From positions 9,635 through 41,634 of the forward strand of contig NZ_BCZP01000038.1 in assembly GCF_001598795.1 (NCBI RefSeq): a DNA stretch of 32,000 nucleotides, written 5' to 3'. A program made the position numbers and the translations under genes. Numbering within the stretch: the stretch's first letter is position 1; every line of letters begins with the position of its first letter. The DNA is from Delftia acidovorans NBRC 14950 (lineage in GTDB: Bacteria; Pseudomonadota; Gammaproteobacteria; Burkholderiales; Burkholderiaceae_C). Positions 23,256 through 30,340 of this stretch are shown piece by piece. The notes beneath the pieces were generated by a model. It had not been told where the DNA came from, made no database searches, and saw only the letters and a program-made list of their open reading frames with translations.

Positions 23256-23442
23256 CCCCGCCCGCGCCGCGGCGAACCCGGCCATTGCCGAGTACCTGAT
23301 CGGCGAGCAGCAGGCCGAAATATCCCGGCTGCTTGCTCTGGTGGCCAGCCTCACCCCCGCCGCGCCGCTGGCCCCCGAAGCCCTGCGCGCCGCGCTCGCC
23401 CAACAACCCCAGGCGCTGGAGTTCAGCGCTGACGCTATCTGA
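23245..23442 (+). CDS. Hypothetical protein (65 aa)
   Basis: ORF on the track; 11-nt overlap with the previous gene. Confidence 0.5.
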   Translation: MQVDPARAAANPAIAEYLIGEQQAEISRLLALVASLTPAAPLAPEALRAALAQQPQALEFSADAI

Positions 23443-23449
23443 GGACGCC

Positions 23450-23971
23450 ATGGCCCACAGCCTGAAGGCATTCAAGGACCGGATCAGCCGGTTCTCCCTA
23501 TGGCTTGCTGAGCGCGGCGCGCAGGTGCAGGCCACCACGAACGAGTGGGAGCTGATCCGCTTCAAGTCGAACAGCAAGACCAGCATCGTCTATAGGACTG
23601 CCGCTGGCGCCCTGACGTTTACTGGAGAAGCTGAAGCGGCCTGGAAAAGCCACCTGTCCGCAGGCAGCTGGCGCGGATGCGATTCCACGAAGCGCAGCAA
23701 GAAGACGACCACCGAGGTCCGCTCTCTGCTGGCACGCGATGGCGATTGCTGTTTCCTCTGCGGCCAGCCGCTGGGCGACGACATCACCGTGGAGCATCTG
23801 GTCGCTGTCGCGCACGGTGGGCCCAACCACCTGTCGAACAAGGCGCTAATGCACCGCGCATGCAATGTGCGAGTGAATCACCTGTCTGTAGCGGAGAAGG
23901 TTCGCATGCGCGATGCGGAGAGAAGCAAAGCACAACCCCAGGCGCTCCAGCACTGCGCCGATGCAATCTGA
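23450..23971 (+). CDS. HNH endonuclease (173 aa)
   Basis: CCFLCGQPLGDDITVEHLVAVAHGGPNHLSNKALMHRACN contains the Cys pair and the H-N-H core. ATG at 23450 within the track ORF 23333-23971. Confidence 0.85.
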   Translation: MAHSLKAFKDRISRFSLWLAERGAQVQATTNEWELIRFKSNSKTSIVYRTAAGALTFTGEAEAAWKSHLSAGSWRGCDSTKRSKKTTTEVRSLLARDGDCCFLCGQPLGDDITVEHLVAVAHGGPNHLSNKALMHRACNVRVNHLSVAEKVRMRDAERSKAQPQALQHCADAI

Positions 23972-23980
23972 GGAGAGGTG

Positions 23981-24124
23981 ATGACTGAAGAACAGATGAA
24001 AGAAATCATTTCGCACGAGACGGGTTTCGAGTGGCTGCCTGGGGAGTTGATGCCCATGAGCGGTGACGAACTGCTCCGCATTGCCATCGCGATCGCCGCG
24101 CTGGCTGCAAAGGAGTGCCCATGA
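23981..24124 (+). CDS. Small hypothetical protein (47 aa)
   Basis: AGGAGAGG SD before the ATG at 23981. Its stop overlaps the next gene's start. Below the ORF-track length cut-off. Confidence 0.4.
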   Translation: MTEEQMKEIISHETGFEWLPGELMPMSGDELLRIAIAIAALAAKECP

Positions 24125-24936
24125 AAGAACGACCGATCCTGTTTTCGGCAAGTATGGTTCGCGCCCTGCTGGCTGGCACGAAGACCCAGACGCGCCGGAT
24201 CTGCAAGCCAGCGATGGCCCACAACTTGAGCCACGTTGTCGAAGTGCCAGACCCACAGGAGCGCGGCCAGGTCTACAACGGAACCACCTTCGGCGACGAA
24301 GAAGGCGCAATTCAGTTCACGTCGCCCTATGGAGGGATGCGCGACAGGCTCTGGGTGCGGGAGACCTTCTATGCCTGGGGCCGCTGGGAGACTCGCTTCA
24401 GCGCGAGGAAAGCCCGCGACGAGTGGCACTTCGTGGACATGACGCTGGAGTGCGGCAAGGCCTACCAATATGCCGGTGACCGTCCTCAGCCTCTCGCGGG
24501 CAAACGCGACGGCGGCACCCTGCCCAAATGGTTTAAACGACCAGCGATCCACATGCCCCGGGCTGCCAGCCGAATCTCGCTGGAGATCACCGGCGTGCGC
24601 GTGGAGCGCCTGCAGGACATCAGCGAAGCAGATGCTGACGCCGAGGGCTGTGAAAGGCTGGAAACGGAGCGCTACGAACGGGACTGGAAGCTGTGCCCGA
24701 AGTGTGGCGGCACCCGGTTGCACAACGCGCTGGGCGGAAATGGCGGCGTGATTCTCGATGTGGACTGTTGGGAGTGCGACACCTACGCGAAGCGCTACCG
24801 CCACCTGTGGACCGCCATCAACGGCCCCGACTCCTGGGTCCAGAACCCCTGGGTCTGGGTAGTCGAGTTCAAGCGTGTTCAGCAGGCCTCCTCCGGGAGG
24901 CCTTCTCAATTGGAGGACGCCCCATGCAGCGCGTGA
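24121..24936 (+). CDS. ASCH/PUA-like phage protein (KTQTRR family) with an inserted CxxC...CxxC zinc ribbon
   Basis: AAGGAG SD. ILFSASMVRALLAGTKTQTRR is typical of this phage family. The cysteine pairs are CPKCGG and CWEC. Confidence 0.55.
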   Translation: MKERPILFSASMVRALLAGTKTQTRRICKPAMAHNLSHVVEVPDPQERGQVYNGTTFGDEEGAIQFTSPYGGMRDRLWVRETFYAWGRWETRFSARKARDEWHFVDMTLECGKAYQYAGDRPQPLAGKRDGGTLPKWFKRPAIHMPRAASRISLEITGVRVERLQDISEADADAEGCERLETERYERDWKLCPKCGGTRLHNALGGNGGVILDVDCWECDTYAKRYRHLWTAINGPDSWVQNPWVWVVEFKRVQQASSGRPSQLEDAPCSA

Positions 24937-25226
24937 CCCCGGCAGAGCCCTTCAACCCCGATCCCGACGCCCGCTACCTGCGCGAGTGCTCGACCCCTGG
25001 CCCGGTTTACGAGCCGGATGCCGATGGCGTGCCAGGCGGCTGGCTGCTCATGGTGCTGGCCGCACTGCTCCTGCTGGCCCTCACAGGCTGCAGCCAAGCC
25101 GAAGCGCAGCAGCCCCAGCCCACGGCGCAGGAACAGCGCCTGGCGCGCGCAGCAGCACGGGCCTGTGAGGGCCTCACCCCTGTTTTTGATAACGGCAGCT
25201 TGGTCTGCCACAAGGAGATTCCATGA
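24924..25226 (+). CDS. Small putative lipoprotein or membrane protein (100 aa)
   Basis: Lipobox-like LALTGC after a hydrophobic stretch, but preceded by about 40 aa, so the start is uncertain. The mature part would be about 46 aa with 2 further Cys. Confidence 0.5.
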   Translation: MQRVTPAEPFNPDPDARYLRECSTPGPVYEPDADGVPGGWLLMVLAALLLLALTGCSQAEAQQPQPTAQEQRLARAAARACEGLTPVFDNGSLVCHKEIP

Positions 25227-25486
25227 GCAAAAAACTCAAAGACGGCGGCCCCGTCCATCCGGTGCGCCTCCCGATTCCTGGCGCACTCCACGCCTGCGGT
25301 GATCCCATCCCGACAGAACTGCACACGGGTATCAGCCTGCGCGACCACTTCGCCGGCTTGGCCATGCAGGCCGATGCAACCAGCCAAGACGCCTCCGAGG
25401 AGTTCTCGTTTGACGAGCGCGCTGAATGGGCTTACCAGCAGGCCGACGCCATGCTGCGCGCTCGCGAGAAGGAGCCCAGCTCATGA
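25223..25486 (+). CDS. Hypothetical phage protein (87 aa)
   Basis: ATGA overlap with the previous gene; ORF on the track. Confidence 0.6.
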   Translation: MSKKLKDGGPVHPVRLPIPGALHACGDPIPTELHTGISLRDHFAGLAMQADATSQDASEEFSFDERAEWAYQQADAMLRAREKEPSS

Positions 25487-25698
25487 AGCGCGAGCACCCC
25501 AACACCGACGAACTGCTGCGCATGGCCGAGATCAACGGCGGCCTCGCGCTCGCGCTCCAGCGCCTGCTGGAGGTCGCCCAGAGCAGCACAGGAATCGTCG
25601 GCTACCTCGGCAACCCAGAGCCCATGTCATGGGGGCATTTCTGGGAGGTCGATGTGGCCGAGAAGGCACTCAAGAAATTCATGGGAGAAAAAGCATGA
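25483..25698 (+). CDS. Hypothetical protein (71 aa)
   Basis: ATGA overlap at 25483. Internal start of the track ORF 25426-25698. Confidence 0.55.
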   Translation: MKREHPNTDELLRMAEINGGLALALQRLLEVAQSSTGIVGYLGNPEPMSWGHFWEVDVAEKALKKFMGEKA

Positions 25699-25979
25699 GC
25701 AAGTACTACGCCGACGACGACATCCAGCTGCTGGCCAATGGGGCAGTGAACCACCTCCTGCGCAACGTCTACATGTCCATCACCTTGCGCAACGGCCAGC
25801 AGCCCAAGGGCTTCCCTGTGCCCATCAAGCGCGTGCACGGTGAAGGCCACCTCACCCAGGAATACCGCCCCCTGGCCGTGCTGGAGTTCGTGCAGGACGT
25901 GGTCGCCAAAGAGGACGCGCAGCGTGTGGCGGCAGCCAAGAAGGCCGATGCGGAGGCCGAGGAGCAGGCCACGCCATGA
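25695..25979 (+). CDS. Hypothetical protein (94 aa)
   Basis: ATGA overlap at 25695. Internal start of the track ORF 25299-25979. Confidence 0.6.
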   Translation: MSKYYADDDIQLLANGAVNHLLRNVYMSITLRNGQQPKGFPVPIKRVHGEGHLTQEYRPLAVLEFVQDVVAKEDAQRVAAAKKADAEAEEQATP

Positions 25980-26062
25980 ACGCCCTGCTCCACCTCTTCC
26001 TCTGGCTCGGCCTGAGCGCCATCTGCGCAGGCCTGGCCGGCATCGCGGCGGGGCTGGCATGA
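25976..26062 (+). CDS. Possible 28-aa hydrophobic mini-protein
   Basis: MNALLHLFLWLGLSAICAGLAGIAAGLA. ATGA overlaps at both ends bridge the flanking genes. Confidence 0.35.
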   Translation: MNALLHLFLWLGLSAICAGLAGIAAGLA

Positions 26063-26865
26063 CCATGCTGGCCGACGCCCCCCAGTTCATCGTTCACTAC
26101 AGCGCCCAGGGCACGGACGAATGGAAGCGCGACCGGGCCGGCGTCATCACGGCCAGCATGTTCTCCACGGCGCGCGAGCGCGTTGGGGGCCTGACGGAGC
26201 AGCAGGCCGCCCTGGTGGCAGGTATGCGCGCCGGCATGGCCCTGGATGCTGCGGCGGCCCAGGCCGGCTACAAGACCCGCCCCAAGCTCACCGAGACCGT
26301 GCAGCGCGCCATCGCGGGTCTGCCCATCGGCGACTTCAGCGAGGCCGCCAAGAGCTACGCCCTGCGCCTGGCCATCGAGCGCGGAAGCCGCGAACCGCTG
26401 GACGAAGGCTTCGAGACCTACGCCATGCGGCGCGGGCACGAGCTGGAGCCCATGGCGCGCGCCGCGCACGAGGTGCATGCCGGCGTCGAGGTGCTGCCCT
26501 GCGGCTTCATCACGACGCCCGACCGCTTCTTCGGGGCCAGCGCCGACGGCCTGATCGAGCCGGACGGCGGCGCCGAATACAAGTGCCTCATCGACCCGCT
26601 GCGCCTGCGCGCCAGCCTGCTGGACAACGACATCAGCGAGTTCATGGACCAGGTGCAGGGCGGGATGTGGATCACCGGCCGCCGCTGGTGGGACTTCTGC
26701 ATCTACTGCCCGGCCCTGGCCCCCGTGGGCCGCGACTTCACCCGCTGGCGCGTGCCACGCGACGACGACTACATCGAAACCATGGAAGCCGAGCTGCTGC
26801 AGTTCAAGCAGCTGGTGGACCAGTACGAAACCGCCCTGCGCGGCAACACCCAGGAGCATGCATGA
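26059..26865 (+). CDS. YqaJ-type viral recombinase exonuclease (PD-(D/E)XK, lambda Exo-like)
   Basis: 268 aa. GTDEWKRDRAGVITAS, GHELEP and DGLI...EYKC are motifs typical of YqaJ exonucleases. Directly upstream of recT. Confidence 0.88.
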   Translation: MTMLADAPQFIVHYSAQGTDEWKRDRAGVITASMFSTARERVGGLTEQQAALVAGMRAGMALDAAAAQAGYKTRPKLTETVQRAIAGLPIGDFSEAAKSYALRLAIERGSREPLDEGFETYAMRRGHELEPMARAAHEVHAGVEVLPCGFITTPDRFFGASADGLIEPDGGAEYKCLIDPLRLRASLLDNDISEFMDQVQGGMWITGRRWWDFCIYCPALAPVGRDFTRWRVPRDDDYIETMEAELLQFKQLVDQYETALRGNTQEHA

Positions 26866-27920
26866 CCACCAACATCCCCCCGGCGCCCGCTGCCAACAAC
26901 CCAGTCCCGGCCGCGCCGAAAGACGCAATCGCCTATCACCTGAAGAAGCGCGGCGCCGAGATCGCCAAGATGCTGCCCAAGCACCTCAACGCCGAGCGGC
27001 TGCTCAAGGTTGCCCAGATAGCCGCCACCACCACACCCGACCTGGCGCGGTGCGATGTGGCCAGTCTGGTGGGCGCCATCGGCCAGTGCGCGCAGATGGG
27101 CCTGGAGCCAAACACTGTTCTGGGACACGCCTACCTCGTGCCCTTCAATACGAAGCGCAAGGACAAGGTCACGGGCGTCGAGCGCTGGGTCAAGAGCGTG
27201 CAGGTGATCATCGGCTACAAGGGCCTGATCGACCTTGCCCGGCGCAGCGGCCAGATCATGAGCATCGCCGCGCATGAGGTCTGCGAGCAGGACACCTTCG
27301 ACCTGGTCTATGGCCTGGACGAGAAGCTGGAGCACCGGCCGGCCATGGGCGAGCGCGGCGAGGTCATCGGCTTCTACGCTGTAGCCAAGCTCAAGGACGG
27401 CGGCCACTGCTTCGAGTTCATGAGCCGGTTGCAGGTCGAGCAGATCATGCGCGGCACCCAGAGCAAGGGCAACTATGGCCCCTGGAAGGACAACTTCACG
27501 GAGATGGGCCGCAAGACCGTCATCCGCCGCCTGGCCAAGTACCTGCCGCTGTCCATCGAGTTCCAGACCGCCGCCGCGCTGGATGGCATGGCCGAGGCCG
27601 GCAAGGACCAGAACCTGGACACCAGCACGATCATCGACGGCGAGTTCACGATGATGCCGGACGACATGCCGCACAGCGACGACCAGCAGCAGGACGGCGT
27701 GATCGAAGCAGGCGCCGACCCCGCGCCCGCCCAGGCCCCAGCCCAGCCGGCCGCCATCGGCTACAGCGCGCCCGAGCTGCTGCAGCAGATGCTGAAGGCC
27801 AAGACTCCCGAGCGCCTGGACGAGGTGGCCAGCTTCATCGGCGACCTGCCCGACCAGGAAGACCGGAAGAACCTCAACGCCAAGTACGAGGCCCTGCGCG
27901 CGGAAATGCCCGGGGCATGA
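26862..27920 (+). CDS. recT: RecT-family single-strand annealing protein
   Basis: 352 aa from the ATG at 26862. GLEPN...AYLVPF, IIGYKGLIDLARRSG and TVIRRLAKYLPLS are RecT signatures. The N-terminal 247 aa of the track ORF 26121-27920 are spurious. Confidence 0.92.
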   Translation: MTTNIPPAPAANNPVPAAPKDAIAYHLKKRGAEIAKMLPKHLNAERLLKVAQIAATTTPDLARCDVASLVGAIGQCAQMGLEPNTVLGHAYLVPFNTKRKDKVTGVERWVKSVQVIIGYKGLIDLARRSGQIMSIAAHEVCEQDTFDLVYGLDEKLEHRPAMGERGEVIGFYAVAKLKDGGHCFEFMSRLQVEQIMRGTQSKGNYGPWKDNFTEMGRKTVIRRLAKYLPLSIEFQTAAALDGMAEAGKDQNLDTSTIIDGEFTMMPDDMPHSDDQQQDGVIEAGADPAPAQAPAQPAAIGYSAPELLQQMLKAKTPERLDEVASFIGDLPDQEDRKNLNAKYEALRAEMPGA

Positions 27921-28141
27921 CCGCCGCCACCATCCCGGCCGCCGAGTTCGCCGCTCGGCTGGCTGGCCTGATCACGGGCCTGCCCATCGGCGCGGACAAC
28001 TTCACGCATGAGCAGGTCGCCCGCGCATTCCTGCGCGTCTCTCTGAAGGCCGAAAAGCTCGGCCGCGAGTACGCCGCCCAGGCCCTGGGCCAGCCCATCC
28101 ATGTTTCCACCACCACCACCGAGGACCACCATGGCCTTTGA
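27917..28141 (+). CDS. Hypothetical protein (74 aa)
   Basis: ATGA overlap with recT; ORF on the track. Confidence 0.55.
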   Translation: MTAATIPAAEFAARLAGLITGLPIGADNFTHEQVARAFLRVSLKAEKLGREYAAQALGQPIHVSTTTTEDHHGL

Positions 28142-28784
28142 AATCGAAGAGTTCACCAACGCGAAGCTCACGAACGTGAACGTGCGCAGCGAGAAAAACG
28201 GGCCGAACCAGCTGAATCCAGCTACCGACCTGTTCTTCAAGATCGATGCGCCCAACAGCATCCTGAGCCAGTTCGACGAGCACCTGCTGTCCGCCATCTA
28301 CCACCGCAGTGCTGCTGCAGTTGGCGACGGGGCGCAGCAGGCGCTGGAAGGGATCGAGCAGGTCTCGGATCTGCCGAACCTGCGTTTCCCCAGCATGCGG
28401 CCCATCGAATGGAGTTGGGATCTGGAAGGCTACACGCTCACCATCGGCCATGGCCTGGGCGGCGCGAGCGACATTCCGCTGGCCGACTGCAAGGTGGACC
28501 GGTTCAAGCTCACGCCGCGCGAGGGCGGCACCGTCGAGGTGAAGTTCCGCGTCCGCTGTTCCAACCACCTGACGGAAAAGGCCATGGGCAAGCTGGCCCT
28601 GCTGGTGCAAAACGAGGTGCCCATCATGCTGACCGCACCCGAGTTGGCCGGCGAGCAGCAGCCTCTGGACAACCCGTTCCCGGTCCAGGGTCGCGACGAG
28701 CCGCCTACCGATCCGTTCCACCCGGTCAACCAGCAGACGCCCGAAGACGCCTTCGCGGCGGCCGTGACCGGCGAACCGGCCTGA
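28131..28784 (+). CDS. Hypothetical protein (217 aa) downstream of the recombination pair
   Basis: ATG at 28131 within the track ORF 28101-28784. Beta-rich N-terminal region and an acidic, Pro-rich tail. No motif recognised. Confidence 0.6.
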   Translation: MAFEIEEFTNAKLTNVNVRSEKNGPNQLNPATDLFFKIDAPNSILSQFDEHLLSAIYHRSAAAVGDGAQQALEGIEQVSDLPNLRFPSMRPIEWSWDLEGYTLTIGHGLGGASDIPLADCKVDRFKLTPREGGTVEVKFRVRCSNHLTEKAMGKLALLVQNEVPIMLTAPELAGEQQPLDNPFPVQGRDEPPTDPFHPVNQQTPEDAFAAAVTGEPA

Positions 28785-28836
28785 ACCATCCACTGAACCA
28801 CCCACGGCGCCCGCGCGGCGCCACGAAAGGAAATCC

Positions 28837-29127
28837 ATGACCACCTATCAAGACCTGCTGCAGCAGAAGGCCACCCTCGACGCCCAGATCGCCCAGGCAC
28901 AGGCCGAAGCCAAGGCGAAGGCTGTGGCCGAAGCACGCGCGCTGATCCAGGAACACGGCCTGACCGCTGCCGATGTCTTCCCCCAGGGCAAGGCCAAGGG
29001 CAGCGTGGGCGCCCCGAAGTATCGCGACCCAGCCTCCGGTGCGACGTGGACCGGCAGGGGCAAGCCGCCGAACTGGATCGTGGGCAAGGACCGCGAGCAG
29101 TTTCTGATCGAAACAGCCAAAAGTTAG
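28837..29127 (+). CDS. H-NS-family nucleoid-associated protein (96 aa)
   Basis: N-terminal coiled coil plus a C-terminal KYRDPASGATWTGRGKPPNWI, which matches the H-NS DNA-binding motif (TW[ST]GRG..P.W). Confidence 0.8.
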   Translation: MTTYQDLLQQKATLDAQIAQAQAEAKAKAVAEARALIQEHGLTAADVFPQGKAKGSVGAPKYRDPASGATWTGRGKPPNWIVGKDREQFLIETAKS

Positions 29128-29186
29128 GCGAGGAGCTGCCGATACAACAAGCAAGGAGGTGCGCGCCAAGTCTAGGCGGTGCCTCA

Positions 29187-29220
29187 AGCCCCTGGGTGCG
29201 CGCCAGGGGCTTTTTCTTTT
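29187..29220 (+). terminator. Intrinsic terminator after the H-NS-like gene
   Basis: AGCCCCTGG / CCAGGGGCT stem with a 7-nt loop, followed by TTTTTCTTTT. Confidence 0.75.
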
Positions 29221-29273
29221 CATGCAGCCTTTAAACTGCATCTCGCTTGGAGGCATGGTTCCAAGGAATCGCC

Positions 29274-30131
29274 TTAATTCTGCTTTGTGTAAAAGCTATT
29301 TCCGCTGTGGAGGCAAGGGCTGGGGCCCAGGAATTCCGCGATAAAACGACAGGCACCGACAACGCTTTCGGTGCCGCCCAGGGGCTTTCCTGTCGAGTCC
29401 CATCCGGTCCAGGTAAATCGTCCGGCCAGGATGCCATACTCGTCAACCCGGAGGTTCTCTATTTTGTAGGAGCTAATACCCGGGCGAGAAGATGGGGCAT
29501 CGCAGGTAAGGCTACCCGCCGAATTTAGAGACTGCCCTGACATCTCAAAGTTGCCTTCATAAAAGCATAGGCGACCGTTTTCAAACACCTCATTCATCCG
29601 GAAAATTCCATTTTTTGCATAGATGAAGATCGATCGTGGCTTCACCTTGTAGACCATCTCCCGGGTAGTCAAGTAGCTGAATCCATGTTCAGTGAGGCGG
29701 CTCAGATGGTCTTCGAAGCGAAATCTCTTCATGACTTGAGTGGCTTCGCCAGGGAGTGTGATGGACGCTGATGCCTCGGTGTCGAAGACGATGCGAACAG
29801 GGCCCACGACTTGGACAACTTCGCCGTTCTGCGCCGGCCCTCCCAGCACACGACCGCCCTGGTATTCGGTCAACTCCCCCTCGAAGATCTTTTCGTCCTT
29901 CAACTGGCCTGCCGCTTGCAGGAAGAGTGCCGACCCGTCCGTCCTATAGCCGTAGTAGGTGACGATGACATTCAACCCGCTTTGCCTGTCAATCTGAATT
30001 CCGCGCCCTGGCTTGCCGTTCAGCTCTCCATCAATCGCCCACATACCCGAATCAGGCAGCGCCGCCATTGCAGGAGCAGCCAGACAAGACGCGAAGGCAG
30101 AAAATACCAAACTACGAACAAAGCGATTCAT
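29274..30131 (-). CDS. Secreted beta-rich protein of unknown function (285 aa), opposite-strand moron
   Basis: ATG at 30131 with GGAG SD. Signal peptide MNRFVRSLVFSAFASCLAAPAMA-AL. GC is lower than the backbone (one counted line 40%). Internal start of the track ORF 29274-30215. Confidence 0.7.
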   Translation of the reverse strand: MNRFVRSLVFSAFASCLAAPAMAALPDSGMWAIDGELNGKPGRGIQIDRQSGLNVIVTYYGYRTDGSALFLQAAGQLKDEKIFEGELTEYQGGRVLGGPAQNGEVVQVVGPVRIVFDTEASASITLPGEATQVMKRFRFEDHLSRLTEHGFSYLTTREMVYKVKPRSIFIYAKNGIFRMNEVFENGRLCFYEGNFEMSGQSLNSAGSLTCDAPSSRPGISSYKIENLRVDEYGILAGRFTWTGWDSTGKPLGGTESVVGACRFIAEFLGPSPCLHSGNSFYTKQN

Positions 30132-30286
30132 CACAACTCCATTGATATTTGAGCTACACAAAGTCGCCTGACTATAGCTGGCAACCCACGCAATCCGATA
30201 TCTGATTTCAAACACCTCAACGAATCGGATCTAAGCAACCTATCCGCCTGCCAACTCCGACAGAGCGAGTTAGGTCCTCCCCCGAA

Positions 30287-30319
30287 GCCCTCCCGGTCAT
30301 GCCGCGAGGGCATTTTTTT
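30287..30319 (+). terminator. Intrinsic terminator-like hairpin 21 nt upstream of the methyltransferase start
   Basis: GCCCTC / GAGGGC outer stem and CGG / CCG inner stem, followed by A + 7 T. Confidence 0.55.
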
Positions 30320-30340
30320 GGTCCAAATTAGAGGAGCCGC

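Noticed and set aside
26121-26861. N-terminal extension of the 599-aa ORF containing RecT
   Set aside because: It overlaps the YqaJ exonuclease gene out of frame and is Arg/Gly/Pro-rich. RecT homology begins at the ATG at 26862, which overlaps the exonuclease stop.
23878-26928. 343-aa and 358-aa minus-strand ORFs (23878-24909, 25852-26928)
   Set aside because: They are antisense to the tightly coupled plus-strand early genes, including the exonuclease, so they are shadow ORFs.
26963-26973. Partial match of spacer 64-95 (CGCCAAGATGC) within recT
   Set aside because: Only 11 contiguous nt match and the flanks diverge, so it is not a protospacer. I could not do an exhaustive search of both spacers by eye; a BLAST is needed.
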